Below are positions 12,601 through 26,500 of a stretch of 64,000 nt of DNA, piece by piece; position 1 is the first letter of the stretch, and each line of letters opens with the position of its first letter. The stretch covers positions 186,001-250,000 of the forward strand of contig JALMLS010000455.1 of assembly GCA_038496445.1 (NCBI GenBank). Direction: 5' to 3'. Position numbers and translations under genes: made by a program. Under the pieces are notes generated by a model, which searched no databases, was not told the origin of the DNA, and saw only the letters and a list, made by a program, of their open reading frames with translations. This DNA comes from Trichosphaerium sp. ATCC 40318 (lineage: Eukaryota > Protista > Tubulinea).

Positions 12601-15600
12601 TTACTTTCTGCTTCCACGACGGTTATATCGCTTCTTGAACATGACTTCTTGTAACATTTCATTCGATTCTCTGTTACTATTAGATGTACGTCCACTGCGA
12701 TGTGTATTATTATTAGCTCTTTGTTTCATCTTATTACAAAGACCCATCAACTAAACACATTAAAAAAAACTAAAGAACAAGGCAAAAAAACTTGGCTGAA
12801 TAATCAAGCTAAATAAAGTGAACAAAAATGACACTTCAGTTTGTAATACTTGGATTCTGTCATGCATTTCATGTTTTGGCGAGATTGACGTTTTTGATTG
12901 TGGGTACTTGCGCACTTTTTTTTTCATGCAAAAAAAGAACAATGCACTTAAACATACTTGCTGTGGTATCTTCACCCCTGAACTCAGTAGCATATCTGCA
13001 AATGCAATAGATACTCTGGAATCTTCACCATTTATAAATGTGATCGCCACTACAAATTAAGTGTTAACACCTCAGGCTCAAAAAAAAACAAAATAACAAT
13101 CAAAAAATAGTATAATTTTATACTACGGTTGTTGAAACAGGATATAATTAACGTACTCCCTGGAACGCCTAATCTTCCTGTACGACCTGCGAAAAAATAA
13201 GCGTGATTATATTTACTGAAGGGAGTGTTCAAGTTTTTTTTTCACGCAAAGTAACTACAAAAAAAAGCTAGCGATGCTGCTTTGGTACCGATTCTATGAA
13301 TGTACTCTTTTACAGATTTGGGCATATCAAAGTTTATTACTTGTAGAACATTCTTTAGATCCAATCCTCTATTGTAACAAGAAATCAGCTTGATAGAGAT
13401 ACAACCAACATAAAAAAATTGATCTCGGTAAAAAAATTTAATAAAAAGCTTCAAGTATTCGTTTACCTTCCTACAAGTGACGTTGCAACAAGAAGAGGAA
13501 ATTCGCCACTAAGGAATGAATTCATAACATACATGCGGTCATCCATCGTCCCTTTAAAAATGAGCAATTTGTAGCACAAAGACAATAAGATAATAATAAA
13601 CATGACAAATCAAAAATAGTGTTTGTTGCCAACCAGATTAATGCAAATTGTTGGGGTTTGTTCGTACTATCTCCGTGGATATACTTTGCTTCAATTCGGA
13701 GTTTCTAAGCCCAAGGTTAGTATTATGTGGAACAATGGTTACTAAGCAAGATGAAAAAGACAAAAAAAAGTTACCTTATTGATTGACTTACAAAGCATCT
13801 CTGCACCTATTTTACTTTCTACAAACACAACAGCAGGCGGCATAAATTTATTAGACTTTAAAATAGAAAACAATCTACAAATGAGGTTAAAAACACAAAA
13901 AACCAACACGACGTGAACAAACTGGTTTTCGGATTTTGTTTTTGAAGCTTGATTTATTTCTTGGAAAGCACTTCAACGTTCAGTGTTATGCAGTACCTCT
14001 TTGTCTTTTGATTTGTTTCAACCCATACAACTATCTGAGATATTGCAGTATTTACAGCACCAGGAGATCCAACTGAAATATATACAGGATCTCTTGTTAT
14101 TATCTTAGCAATCTCTTCTGTATCCTTTGATATAGTAGCAGAACATAACAACACTTGACATGTAGGTAAGTCTTGAAGAATATCTATGTGACTTTAGCAA
14201 ACGGGTCAATTTGGTGAACGAAAGTACACGTGAAATAAAATTGCGAAAAAAGTAAGAATAGAAAGTTTTACCAAGAACTTGGTTTTCAAAACCCATTGAT
14301 AACATTTGATCCATTTCATCCACAACCTGTACAAGAAACAGGCTATTTTAGTAATATGTTGTAAAAAAACATGGCAAATGTAGCTGTACTCATACCACCA
14401 TTCTTATTTGATTCAACCTTTTAACAAACAGTCAACCAACTGTTTAAAAAAAAATCGTACTTTAGTTCTGACTTTTCGATAAACATAGCTAACCTCCCTG
14501 GAGTAGCTACAATAACATTTACTCCCTATGAGGGTGAGACTTACATCTAAAGAGACTAAATAGTACCTGTTTAATTCTATAGAGTTGTGGTGGTGCAGGG
14601 ACACCGCCTATCAATAATGCTGATAAACAGTTAATGGAGATACCGTTGACTTACAAAAAAGGTTTTACCTGTTTTAAGAGGTAAACCCCATGACAAGTTC
14701 TTTAACTGATCTTCTATCTGTATTGCCAACTCACGTGTAGGACACAATATGAGTGCTGTCGGATAATGAGTTATAGCGAGATGTGTTACATTAATAACCA
14801 AAGGTAACAAATACGCAAGACCTTAAAAAGCCAAGTAAGCATAATAGAAAAAAAAGTTAAACTAAACAGATTTCTTTTTCTTGACTCGTACTCTTTCCAG
14901 AACCTGTCGCAGCACAAGCAATAATATCTTTACCAATAAGAGCTGTTGGTATGACTTGCATTTGAATCGGTGTTGGCGTCGTATAACCTTGTGCAGCCAT
15001 GTTTTTTGCGACTGAAAAACAATGCTTAATTGACTAAAAAATCCTGTTCTTGTTAGAACGTACGCTTTGGGCTCATGTCACAGTGCTCAAATTTAAGTAT
15101 TGGTGTTACTTCTTCGCCTTTAATACGAATCTCAAAGTGTTCTCTTGTTTCCTTTACTTTGTTCTGAGACATGTTCACAACATCTGGGTGCTCTTTATAT
15201 GTAAAGTGGAATCCTCTATCCTTGACATTGATCAGTTTGTGACATTTTGATAAAAATTACTCGTAATGGTGTGAAGTGTACTTTATTGGCTTGCTTTGGC
15301 GGTTGGTGAGTCAGTGCCTTTTTAGGTTGAGGTTGTGATTCTAAGTTAACGGACGCTTTGCGCTTTCCTAATATTGAAGGTGCTAAAGGGTCCAGAGGGT
15401 CGCTTGTTTGTTTTCCACGCGTAGAGATGCCTTTTAGGTTAATTTGCTTGCATTCTTTTGAGCATACATCTTTTTCGGTTGAGTCGCATATCTACGCACA
15501 CTAAGCACGTTTGCAAGGATTTACGTTAATTTTCACGTACATATTTACCATACCTCCCACAAATACAACATACAGGTTCTCCGTCGCGTGGCCACCTAGC

Positions 15601-15708
15601 ATTCCGCGCTAACTCTATAACAGGAGAATCTGAATCCTAATATTGTTAACGGACTTGCTAAACGCATGTCATTACCGATTCTGAGTCGCTTTGTGCGTTA
15701 TTTTCCAT
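12601..15708 (-). CDS. DDX59: DEAD-box RNA helicase with N-terminal zf-HIT (DDX59/RH41 type)
   Basis: [34 protein letters not shown] zinc finger; Q motif PTPIQMQ; ATGSGK, PTRELA, DEMD, SAT, YIHRIGRTGR. Confidence 0.9.
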
Positions 15709-15787
15709 TACATGTCATAATGGAACTAAGCTACAAAAATGTGAAGTCATCACTTTTCTAAGAGTGTTGTATTCAGCCTAATCTACA

Positions 15788-17003
15788 ATGGACAAAGGTC
15801 AAACAAACCTTCCAGCTATTTTAAAGCAGTTTGGTCAACATGGCCGACGCTATGGCCCAATCGCCGCTTTAGCAGGTACGTATTTAATAGAAATCAAAGC
15901 ACGACGCTCATAAACGTAAAGGTATCGGTTTTGCTGCATTAACGATTATACCTGCTTGTATATTCAGAGTCGACGCTGGTCACCGCAGTGTAGTATTTAA
16001 CAGATTCTGGGGCGTCAAATCAAGGGTTTACGGCGAGGGAACTCATTTTAAAATCCCATGGCTTGAAAACCCGTATATTTACCTCATACGCCCAACGCCA
16101 ACTACCATGACAACAAGAACTGGCTCGAAAGATTTACAAATGGTTAACATATCTCTTCGCGTTTTGACAAAACCAGAAGAAAACAGGCTTCCATGGATGC
16201 TTTCACGCTTAGGACAAGACTATGAAAAACGCGTTTTACCTAGTATTGTAAAAGAAGTATTGGCATCAGTGGTGGTACGCTTAGTTTAGTTGCAGAGCCA
16301 GTTTTATACATTTTTCAGACAGGAAGCGTTACTACCGTACTAACACCTTTTTTAGGCTCAATTTAATGCTCCTCAGCTTGTAACACAAATCCAAGATGTC
16401 AGTACTCTAATGTCCGACAGACTAGAGTCACGTGCTCATGAGTTTGGCATTGAAATGACTGATGTTTCTATTGTAAGTGAAAAACTTTTCGATACTTGTC
16501 ATCAGCCATCCTAACTTTTATTTAGACTGAAATGACTTTCAGTCCTGATTTCAAACACGCTGTAGAGCTAAAACAAATCGGTATGTACGAACAGATGAGA
16601 AGTGATAACTTTTTGTCCTTTTTTTTCCTGAAACTCACTACACGTTATCACACCTAAGCGAGCAGCCATGTCATTCGCTTGTACTTTTATTATGAACCTG
16701 CTAACATTTTTGTTCTCTACAGCTCAACAGGATGCCGAGAAAGCACGTTATATGGTAGAGCGTGCACAACAAGATAAACGTAGTGCTATCATTAAAGCAA
16801 AGGGTGAAGCTAAATCAGCAGAAATGATAGGTGAAGCTATTAGAACTGATCCTACATTTATTACACTGCGTAAACTAGAGGCTGCAAGAGAGATCTCAAC
16901 TATTCTAGCTTCATCATCAAATAGAGTGTATTTGGATTCTGAGGCTCTTATGATGTCAGTTATTCGCGAAGACGCTGATAAAACAGATGAAGCCAACTGG
17001 TAG
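15788..17003 (+). CDS. PHB2: Prohibitin (PHB2-like)
   Basis: VDAGHRSVVFNRF, GEGTHFKIPW, TGSKDLQMVNISLRVL, RVLPSIV, AQQDAEKARYMVERA, LRKLEAAREIS. Confidence 0.9.
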
Positions 17004-17242
17004 ACTGCTTTCAAGCATAAAAAAAACCAACAAACGCTTTACGTTATAAGAAATACGCCATTTTAAAGTGTTTTGGCAAGGATTACCGAAGTGTCACTCT
17101 ATGTAATAAATCTCGTAGAGAAGAAAATAGTTGAATTTTGCAGATTATGATATTTTGTGCTATTTAGTATCAATTACCAATAACCCACCTTTCGTGAGCA
17201 ACTTATCCACCTGTTACGTTAATTGAGTTAAAATAAACCACA

Positions 17243-19729
17243 ATGGAATCAAATACGCCTATAGAACAAGTGAATGTGCCTGAAACCGTAGAAGAAGAAG
17301 AATTAGACCTTGGAGAAGACCTTGAACCATTACGTACGAAAAAACTTATTTACCAAAAGACTAACTTTACATTGAAGCAGAGACCGCCGAAGAACCACAA
17401 AAACCCACAGAACCTACGCAAGTAGAAGATAAAATTACACAAAACACAAACGAAACTGAAGAAGTAGCCGCAAATACCGCGGAACTAGAACCTCTAGACC
17501 TAGGAGAGGATGATATTGAGCCACCACAGCAAACTAATGAAACTGCGGCAGCAATCGACACCAAAAACGATCTAGAAGAAGAATTAGACCTTGGAGGTGA
17601 TGAAGATGTTGTAGAAGATGAAAAACCAGAGCAAAGCGAAAGCAACGCAACTTCACAACCAGAAACTACCGAAGATGCTCAAAAAGAAGAATTAGACCTT
17701 GGAGACGACCTTGACCTCGGAGAAGACTCACCTGCCCCAGCAGAGGCAGCAGCCACCACCGAACAGCCAAAAACTGCTGAACCAACACCAATAGATGAAG
17801 ACGAGGTTTTAGACCTTGGAGACGATGATGATGTTAACGCTTTGGAACTTGCAGCGGCTAATGCCGTTACAGCAATGGAAACCGAACTAACCGAACAAAC
17901 AGAACAAACACAACCAGAAAACAAGGAAGAAACACAACAACCTGATAATATAACAACAAAAGAAGACGCAGAAGCAGCTGAATCAGCTCGACAAGCAGCA
18001 GATTTGGCAGCTCTTGTAGCTGAAGATGACGATGTAAACATGACTTCAGCATCAAAAGAAGAAGAAAACGCCCAAGAAGATGGAGATGTAACTATGACTG
18101 AAGCAAAAAATACCTCAGGAGATGAACCTGAGGTTGATGCTGAAACAGCACAGTTAGATAAAGAATTAGAAGCATTGATTGATAAGAGTGATGCTGGTTC
18201 TGAGGTATCGTTTAGTAGTGACTCTGACGTTGAAGTAAAAGATTCAGAGGTACAAGATTGATGAATTCTATTTCTTGATTTTTTTTTTTGGATCTTTTTT
18301 TTCTAAACTTCCTTGATAGATTTATGGGCTTGATGATGATGATTATGAAGAACCTGCTGAAAGAAACCGACTTAGAAAGCGTAAAGCACCAAAAAGTCCA
18401 ATTGTTGAGCGTCCAGCCAAGAAAGGCAAAGTTGAAGAAGAAAACTTGAGCCCAGAAAAACAAGTACGTCTCTTTTTTGTGAGACAGATCCAAAAAATTA
18501 TTTTCCTCGTTTCCATACACATTAAACGCGCAATGCGGTGATTTTATTCAAACCCAAAGTGCACGTGAGAGAAAACGTTGGAAATTTTTTTTCACGTGGC
18601 TTTGTTGAGTATGTTGGTTTTATTTTTTTATTAAGTCTCTTTTTTCAAGGCTGCAAAAGAGTTCGATGAATTAACAAAGAGGGCTCGACAAAAATCAGCT
18701 ACAGATATTGGAGATACAGCTATTACTTCTATTTGTTCAGAAATGTCAGTACTAATGGAAGATGCATGTGTAGCAGATATGGAGTGTAATAAAGCTGGAG
18801 AATTGGCCATCAACAAACTAGCACTACTTCCTCGCGTTGAACACTATTTACAGAAGTACGAATTGGTTTTTTGTGTTCTTTCTCCCTTTTTTTTTGTATC
18901 TGAGATGATGAATGCTTACTCTCTACTGAAAAGGATTACAGTATGGCATGATGCGATGGTAAATCATGGTATACTCCAACGTTTGAGCGAGTGGCTTTGT
19001 CCACTCCCAGATGGATCTCTACCTAACCTTAAAGTTCGCACAGTTATTCTAAAAGCACTTCGTTCGGTAAGTTGTTGAGTCGTCCTTCCTTCTTTCTTTG
19101 CTTTTTTTTGGTTTATCCCTCTTTGTATTCTTTGTTGTTTCTTACCTCTTTTTGTTATTTAGTTTGGAGAGGAAGTTATAGATAAAGACAGTTTAGCTAG
19201 TTCTGGGTTGGGTCGAAAAGTGAATTATCTCACAAAGAGTTCAAAGGAAACTAAAGCAAACAAAGTTATCGCTGCAGGGCTTATTAGAAAGTGGTCCAAG
19301 ATTGTCTTTAATATAAACAGCTCTTACCGTGGAGCATACGGCGAAAATTCAGCATTTGTACCAAACCCACAGTACGTTAAAGAAAACGACTTTTTATAGT
19401 ACCTGTCATCTAATTTTTTTTTAAGGTCGGGTGTTACACCAAGTGGTTTCAGGCGAGGCTCAAAAATGGTGCAGTTTTCTCCGCATCATGCCAGTGTACC
19501 TGAAAAATCCGCGTTTGATTATACCACCGCACCTGAGACCAAACCAAGTCTTAAGGGTAGGCGTGGTACAAAACGTACTCCTTCAAGGTAAGTGAAAACA
19601 ACTTTTTTTTACTTTTTTTTTTTGTTTGGCTTCTCGTGCTGATGTTCTTTTAGGCTTGCCTCGATGGGTATCAGCGGTAAAAAAAATAAGGATTCTTCCC
19701 GTCACGTAACAATGTCAATCAATAAGTGA
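17243..19729 (+). CDS. IWS1: IWS1/Spn1 transcription elongation factor
   Basis: Long acidic disordered N-terminus, then MEDACVADMECNKAGELAINKLALL...WLCPLPDGSLPNLKVR...SGLGRKVNYL...LIRKWSK (TFIIS N-terminal domain) and HASVP. Confidence 0.85.
17303..17830 (+). repeat. Six copies of an acidic LDLG peptide motif in the IWS1 N-terminus
   Basis: LDLG encoded at ~17303, 17494, 17584, 17692, 17710 and 17809, each flanked by E/D residues. Confidence 0.8.
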
Positions 19730-20135
19730 GCGGTTGATGTTGTTGAATGTTCTCTCTTGTCAGCGTTTTTGTTTTGGTTGAAAGGAAAAAAAAAATTACC
19801 TACACCTTTTTGCCTGTTTTTTAAAATTGCTTTGTGTTTTTTTCGTTTGTTTGCTCCCCTTTTCCATTTCAAAAAACAAAATCTACCAGTAGTTTTTATT
19901 AAATTAAATGCAAGCTTGTACTTATAGCATCATAATAAACAGAATGTTAACTGTAATCTTTTTTTTTTGTTTTATTATTATGTCTCCTACAAATAGTTAA
20001 TCAAGCACGTAGTTGCTACACGAGTAACGACTTGAGTGCTTTGATTGTTAAGAAAATGTAATAGGATTGCGCTTGTGTATCACATGTTTGACTGTGATTT
20101 GACCACGTGCAAGTTTTGAGTTGAGTTGATCGCAT

Positions 20136-20980
20136 ATGTTTGGTGTATCGCTTGTAAATCAACATACAATACCTTGTGTTGGTACATTATAGTTAATATC
20201 GTGTTCTTACGTTAAATTAGTATTGGACTGTATTGAGTGGCTAGAAGCATACGGTACGAGGCATTCTATTAGTACTAATTATTTATCTTCATTAAATAAG
20301 CTAGCCACAAAGCTGCTTTATTTCGTATATCTTCTGTACAAGGTGTTGATATAAGACTGAAAGTGCTTCAGTTTAAAGCACTATATGATAGTGGTATTAC
20401 GCAGAACTGACAATCGAAACTATTTAATTGTTGGAGTAGGTGCTGTAGTAGAATTTGTAACAGGAGATGACTTGAAATCATATGACATCATCACCATGGC
20501 AACTCTTTTAAAGACTTACTTTCGTGAACTACCAGTTGCGTAGCAAGAACAAAACTTTCGTTTGCATTACTTAATTTGGCTACAGGAGCCACTGTGTACA
20601 CTTGCATTGTACAATGATTTTCTCAAAGCAAGGCAAATGGATACATCTAATGCTATTGTTCACTTAAAGGCAACTACTCAGAAACTGCCTGATATCAACA
20701 AAGCCATGTTGTCCTTACTTATAGGATATCTACATCGTTTTTCAGAGTACAGACCGACAGTTTTTTTTCTTTCAAACAAAACTTTTGTTTAGCATTTTAT
20801 TTATCTATCAATAGAAACAGTCACGTGCACTTTATGGATGCTAAAAATTTATCCATAATATGGAGTTCTTATTTGCTTGAAAATCCAAGCATAGAAGTAT
20901 CACAGATGATTAAAGGGATCGTAGATGCACAACATGTTTTGACAGTTATGATAGAGAACTACGACGAAATATTTTGCTAG
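20136..20980 (+). CDS. Stand-alone RhoGAP domain protein
   Basis: MFGVSL...IPCVVLDCIEWL...ALFRISS (Arg finger)...ATLLKTYFRELPEPLCT...MDAKNLSIIW...LTVMIENYDEIF. Confidence 0.85.
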
Positions 20981-21363
20981 TTGAGCTTAATGTGGTACTC
21001 CCCATGTTTATTAAACGAACTAAAACTTGGCGTAACTGAACCAAATACATTGCGGTAATGTTCATGGATCTTGAGGCGTAACGTGAATAAAGTACTTCCA
21101 ACCTTTTGGTGTAACAGTGCATCCACTCTGAGTTGGTGTCTTGTCAAACATGTACACGTATGTAAAGCAAATTGTATTGGCTTGGTTTAGCCTTCGGTTT
21201 ATGATTTGGTGAATGAGGGACCAAAGAAGTTTCCAAAAGCACTTTCGTTTAGGTATTATTCATTGAACCTTCAAGACCGAACATCAAAAAAGACCTCAGT
21301 TGACAAACTGCCATTCTAGCAAAGCATCACGGTAGTAGCAACGCAACCATACGAGAACAAGCA

Positions 21364-22551
21364 ATGGAACATTCAATTATACCTCTAGAAGTGATAGAGA
21401 AGTATATTTTGCCTACTTTGCTTTGGGAGCGTTGGACTTTGACTATAAAGCCTGCATTGGAAGTAGGTTTAGTCTGTAAGCAACTACACAGTCTACTTCT
21501 AGGAGATGGCGCCTTAGAGAGGAAAAAAGCCATTTGGCTTCGTGTCCTTGACGGATCGCGTCGAGAGATTCAGTATGGTGCTATGGAGAACAGACAAAGA
21601 ATGTCAATACCTATGAAGCTCATACAGTCACTTTGTAGTAAAACCCAAACTTACCAATCATTTCCGAAGATATTAGTAAAGGAGAAAGGAATGATGTTCG
21701 TTCTCAAGTCAAAGTTCAGAAAACACTGGCCAGGAAGGATAGGACCTGTAAGAAGCCTTACACCGATGCTTTTATGCGAAGCAGAATGCGAGAAACCAAA
21801 CACACCTGGAATTCCTTGTGTACAATCAGGCATGGGATGTTATGTTGATGCTAGAGGTAGATACGGTGAAGGTGAACTTGATTATGCCCTTATGACTTGC
21901 AGAAACTGGATGGGTATGCGTATGTATATCGCCAATTGCAAGTTGAAGCGTGGGTTAATGGTGTTACCTGGTGGTACGGAGAGTTTCTTGTTTTCTTCCT
22001 TTTTTTTTTCTTTTCTTGTTTCTTTCTTTCGTCGATATTTCTTTCTACTCGACTCTAAAACGCTTGGTCATATCAACCTTCAATTGTATCACTCAAATAT
22101 CGTCGATACTCAGCTAATGTGTTTTGTTTTCTCTAAAACTCCACCGAGCAGAAATCTTGGAAGTTTTTTTGTCTGACTTTTTTTGAAAGGTACATTGGTT
22201 GAAGGAAAAATGGGAAATGAGCTATTGGAAGGTTCTAGAACTTACAGTAACGGTATTGTAACTGGGAAATGGAGTCTTAAAGTTGATGAAGAAAAGGAAG
22301 TGTACGAATACACTAAGCTTGAGGACGGAGAGCTTGTATTGTACGGAGACGGAACAAAAGCAAGAAAAGTTTATACCCTTCCAAAAGAGATAGAATTGTC
22401 TGGTATATTCGACTCTCCAAACCCATTGGATCGTGAATGTAATGATGATCCTGGTCCTATTATGAATGGCGTTGATCTTGATGGGAAGAAGAAGAAGGTG
22501 TTTTGCAATAACAGGAAAAATGTAATAGTAGTTTCAGATGTTGAAGAATAA
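21364..22551 (+). CDS. F-box-like protein with unknown C-terminal region
   Basis: N-terminal IPLEVIEKYILP...LVCKQLH is F-box-like. One intron (~21974-22189) joins ORFs 21364 and 22183. Confidence 0.55.
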
Positions 22552-23554
22552 AATAAACAGTCTACTTCTCCTCATTACCAAGTGAATTCGGTGTTAATGC
22601 TATTAGTTGAGAAAGGTAAACCAGATCATATCTTATGATTACCTTTACAACGTAGCTTGGTAAAAAGTGCAAAGATATATTTTCATCACGTGGTTTGCAA
22701 TAAACGTCAAGTAAACAGTTGCTTCTAATTTTCCACGTAAGAGTCATTTGTATGCCAATCATTCACGTTCATAGTACCTGGTGAAAAATACGCGATACAA
22801 CTTGTTAAACACGGCAAAAACCAACAAGTACTTCAGTGTCGTACAAGGTATTTTACGCTAAAACAAACTCAAAAAAAAACATAGTTTGGGATTATGAGTA
22901 TTATAAAACGTGTCCCTACGCGTAAACAGCGTATTGGGAGTACTCACAGAGGCTACAAAAAATGGCTTACATCGAACATTTCTTTTTCAAAAAAACTCCG
23001 AAGTCGCCTATTTTCCAATGCGCAAACAATAGCTTCGAAAATAAATCCCTAGACGCGTTCAATAATTTAGTACACAGACCGTTTTGGTCGAACCGTCAAC
23101 TTTAGTAAACAAATCACGTGATTAGACTAACCACAATAGCAAACGCGGTATATTGGTTTGAAGCTCTTATTCAAGGTACACTTGAAAATTTAAACACTTA
23201 TCTTCGTCTTGTGGTTTTGCGTGGTTTAGTTTTTTAGAACTCTGTCGCGCTTCACTTCTTGTTACGTGGCGGGCGATGCAAACTCCATTCTGACGCTCTG
23301 TAGGGTTTTGGCGTATATATCCTCACGTGACCAACTTAGACGCTTTGAACGTACGTACAAGCATTTAAACACATCGTTTTACTATGTACAAGTTATTTAG
23401 CCAGCGTTGGAAACGACTTTTTCTTTTTCGTAAACGTTCACGTGCACATTTATTTTTTGTGAAAGTTTTTTTCGGCTTAGCTAAACGTTTTTTTCTTTAG
23501 CGAACTACAAAGCACAATCAGTAGTTTTGTGTTGTTTGCGGTTGAGCGTAAACA

Positions 23555-26500
23555 ATGGAAAGTAAATCCGCGTGTGGCGATCTTTTGGTTTTTGGTAAGC
23601 GGCTTTTTTTTTGAAGTTGTTAGTTTATCAATAGTCATTATGTAGGTAAAATATTCATTCTGGATGAAGGTTGTTTTTACAAAGGGACTTTAAAAAATGG
23701 TATCAGACATGGCAAAGGCGAACAAACATGGTATGGTGATAACGATGTTAGTGGTAAGAGAGTGTTTTTTGTGATGATTACCAACAATACATAGGCTATG
23801 AAAATGGTACCAAATACATCGGTGACTTTGTGGATGGCAAAATGACAGGAAAAGGAGAGCTTTATTGGTCAGACGGTGACAAATACATCGGTGACTTTGT
23901 GGATGATAAGAGAACAGGAAAAGGAGAGATTTATTGGTCAGACGGTGACAAATACATCGGTGACTTTGTGGATGATAATATAACAGGAAAAGGAGAGCTT
24001 TATTTACCAAATGGTACCAAATACATTGGTGACTTTGTGGATGGCAAGACAGCAGGAAAAGGAGAGATCTATTGGCCAAATGGTAACAAATACATCGGTG
24101 ACTTTGTGGATGGCAAGAGAACAGGGAAAGGAGTTTTATTGGCCAAATGGTACCAAATACACTGGTGACTTTGTGGATGATAAAAAAACAGGAAAAGGGG
24201 AGTATTATATGCCAAATGGTACCAAATACATTGGTGACTTTGTAGATGACAAAAGAACAGGAAGAGGAGAATTTTATTGGGCAAATGGTAACAAATACAT
24301 CGGTGACTTTGTGGATGGCAAGATAACAGGGAAAGGAGATTATTATTTGCCAAATGATGATGGCAAAAGAACAGGAAAAGGAGAGATTTATTGGCCAAAT
24401 GGTACCAAATACATCGGTGACTTTGTGGATGGCAAAATGAGTGGAAAAGGAGAGTATTATTGGTCAGATGATACCAAATACATTGGTGACTTTGTAGATG
24501 GCGAAAGAACAGGAACAGGAGAATTTTATTGGCCAAATGGTAACAAATACATCGGTGACTTTGTGGATGGCAAGAGAACAGGGAAAGGAGAGTTTTATTG
24601 GCCAAATGGTACCAAATACATTGGTGACTTTGTGGATGGCGAGATAACAGAAAAAGGAGAGTATTATTTGCCAAATGGTGTAAAATACATTGGTGACTTT
24701 GTGGATGACAAAAAAACAGGAAACGGAGAGTATTATTGGCCAGATGGTACGAAATACATCAGTGACTTGGAGTGTGACAAAAGAACAGGAAAAAGAGAGT
24801 TTTCTTTGATAGGTACCAAATACATCGGTGACTTTGTGGATGGGAAGTTTACAGGAAAACGAAAGTATCTTATGCCAGATAGCGTGTACATTGGTGACTT
24901 AGTGGATGGCAAAAAAACAGGAAAAGGAGAGATTTATTGGCCAAATGGTGACAAATACATCGGTGACTTTGTGGATGATAAGAGAACAGGAAAAGGAGAT
25001 TTTTATTGGCCAAATTATACCAAATACACTGGTGACTTTGTGGATGGCAAGATGACAGGAAAAGGAGAGTATTATTGGCAAGATGGTACCAAATACATTG
25101 GTGACTTTGTGGATGGCAATATGACAGGAAAAGGAGAGTATTATTGGTCAGATGGTGACAAATACATCGGTGACTTTGTGGATGATAATAGAATAGGAAA
25201 AGGAGAGTTTTATTGGCAAGATGGTACCAAATACATTGGTGACTTTGTGGATGACAAAAGAACAGGAAAAGGAGAGTATTATTCGCCAGATGGTACCATA
25301 TACATTGGTGACTTTGTGGATGACAAAAAAACAGGAAAAGGAAAGTATTATATGCCAGATAATACCATATACATTGGTGACTTTGTGGATGACAAAAAAA
25401 CAGGAAAAGGAGAGTATTATTTGCCAGACGGTGCCAAATACATCGGTGACTTTGTGGATGACAAGAGAACAGGAAAAGGAGAGATTTATTGGCCAAATGG
25501 TGCCGCATACATTGGTGACTTTGTGGATGACAAGAGAACAGGAACAGGAGAGTATTATTTGCCAGATGGTACCAAATACATTGGTGACTTTGTGGATGGT
25601 AAGTTTCTTAAGCTGGCAGATACCAAGATTTCTGACGAACCCAATCAACACTCTTTTTTCAAAATGGCAAAAATTTGCACTAAAAGTACATCCATGTACA
25701 TTGAAGATGTGGATGTATATTCAGAAGATATGAAGTATTTCAAGAAGCTGAATGACTGGTTTGTAACTTCCACGTTTATTACTCCAAATGACAGTTTCCA
25801 AATATCACATCAAAGATCCTTAATTGTTGAGATCCTTTCAAGACACATGTTCGTTCAAGTTGTTAAGCGGATAAAACAACACAACAAAAAATACAATTCA
25901 TTGTGTGATGTGGTATTTGTTTATGATCTATGTTTACATGATCCTGAGATATCATTATATCAAGGTACATACCAATAACATGTCTTATGTATCAATATGT
26001 GCTCACATTAATAACTTAGTTACAACTCTAGCACGTGAGATTCCAGGGGCACGTGTGATACCAATAAAGATGAAAGACATTACAAAGGAACAATTTCAAG
26101 CTGAATATTACAGATCGTTGTCCCCTCAAAAAAAGCCATCAACTATTGCTTCCGGTATGGATCATACAGAATATGAATACATAAAGCAACTGAACGCAAA
26201 ATTGTTGGTTGTGGGTCATGGAGGATCAGGTACAATAAAACTTTGTGTTTATACATTTACATAAATTTAAGGTAAGACAACTTTAGTAAGGAAGTTGTCA
26301 GGTGAAAAAGATGATAGCGTTGATTCAACAATTGGCTTTGATACCTCGTCTCTATTGTGCGTTTGTTTGATAACAATATTAAGATGTTATACTTACCTTT
26401 GTAGATATGGCGATTTATCATTCACTGTGTTAGACTTTGCTGGACAGATGGAATACAAAGGACTTCACAAGTATTTTTTCACTAAACAATTTGGCGTTTA

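Noticed and set aside
23690-25733. Repetitive overlapping ORFs (HPQSHRC..., MVPNTLVTLW...) and CRISPR-like periodicity
   Set aside because: These are alternative frames of the 69-bp MORN coding repeat; there are no unique spacers or cas genes.
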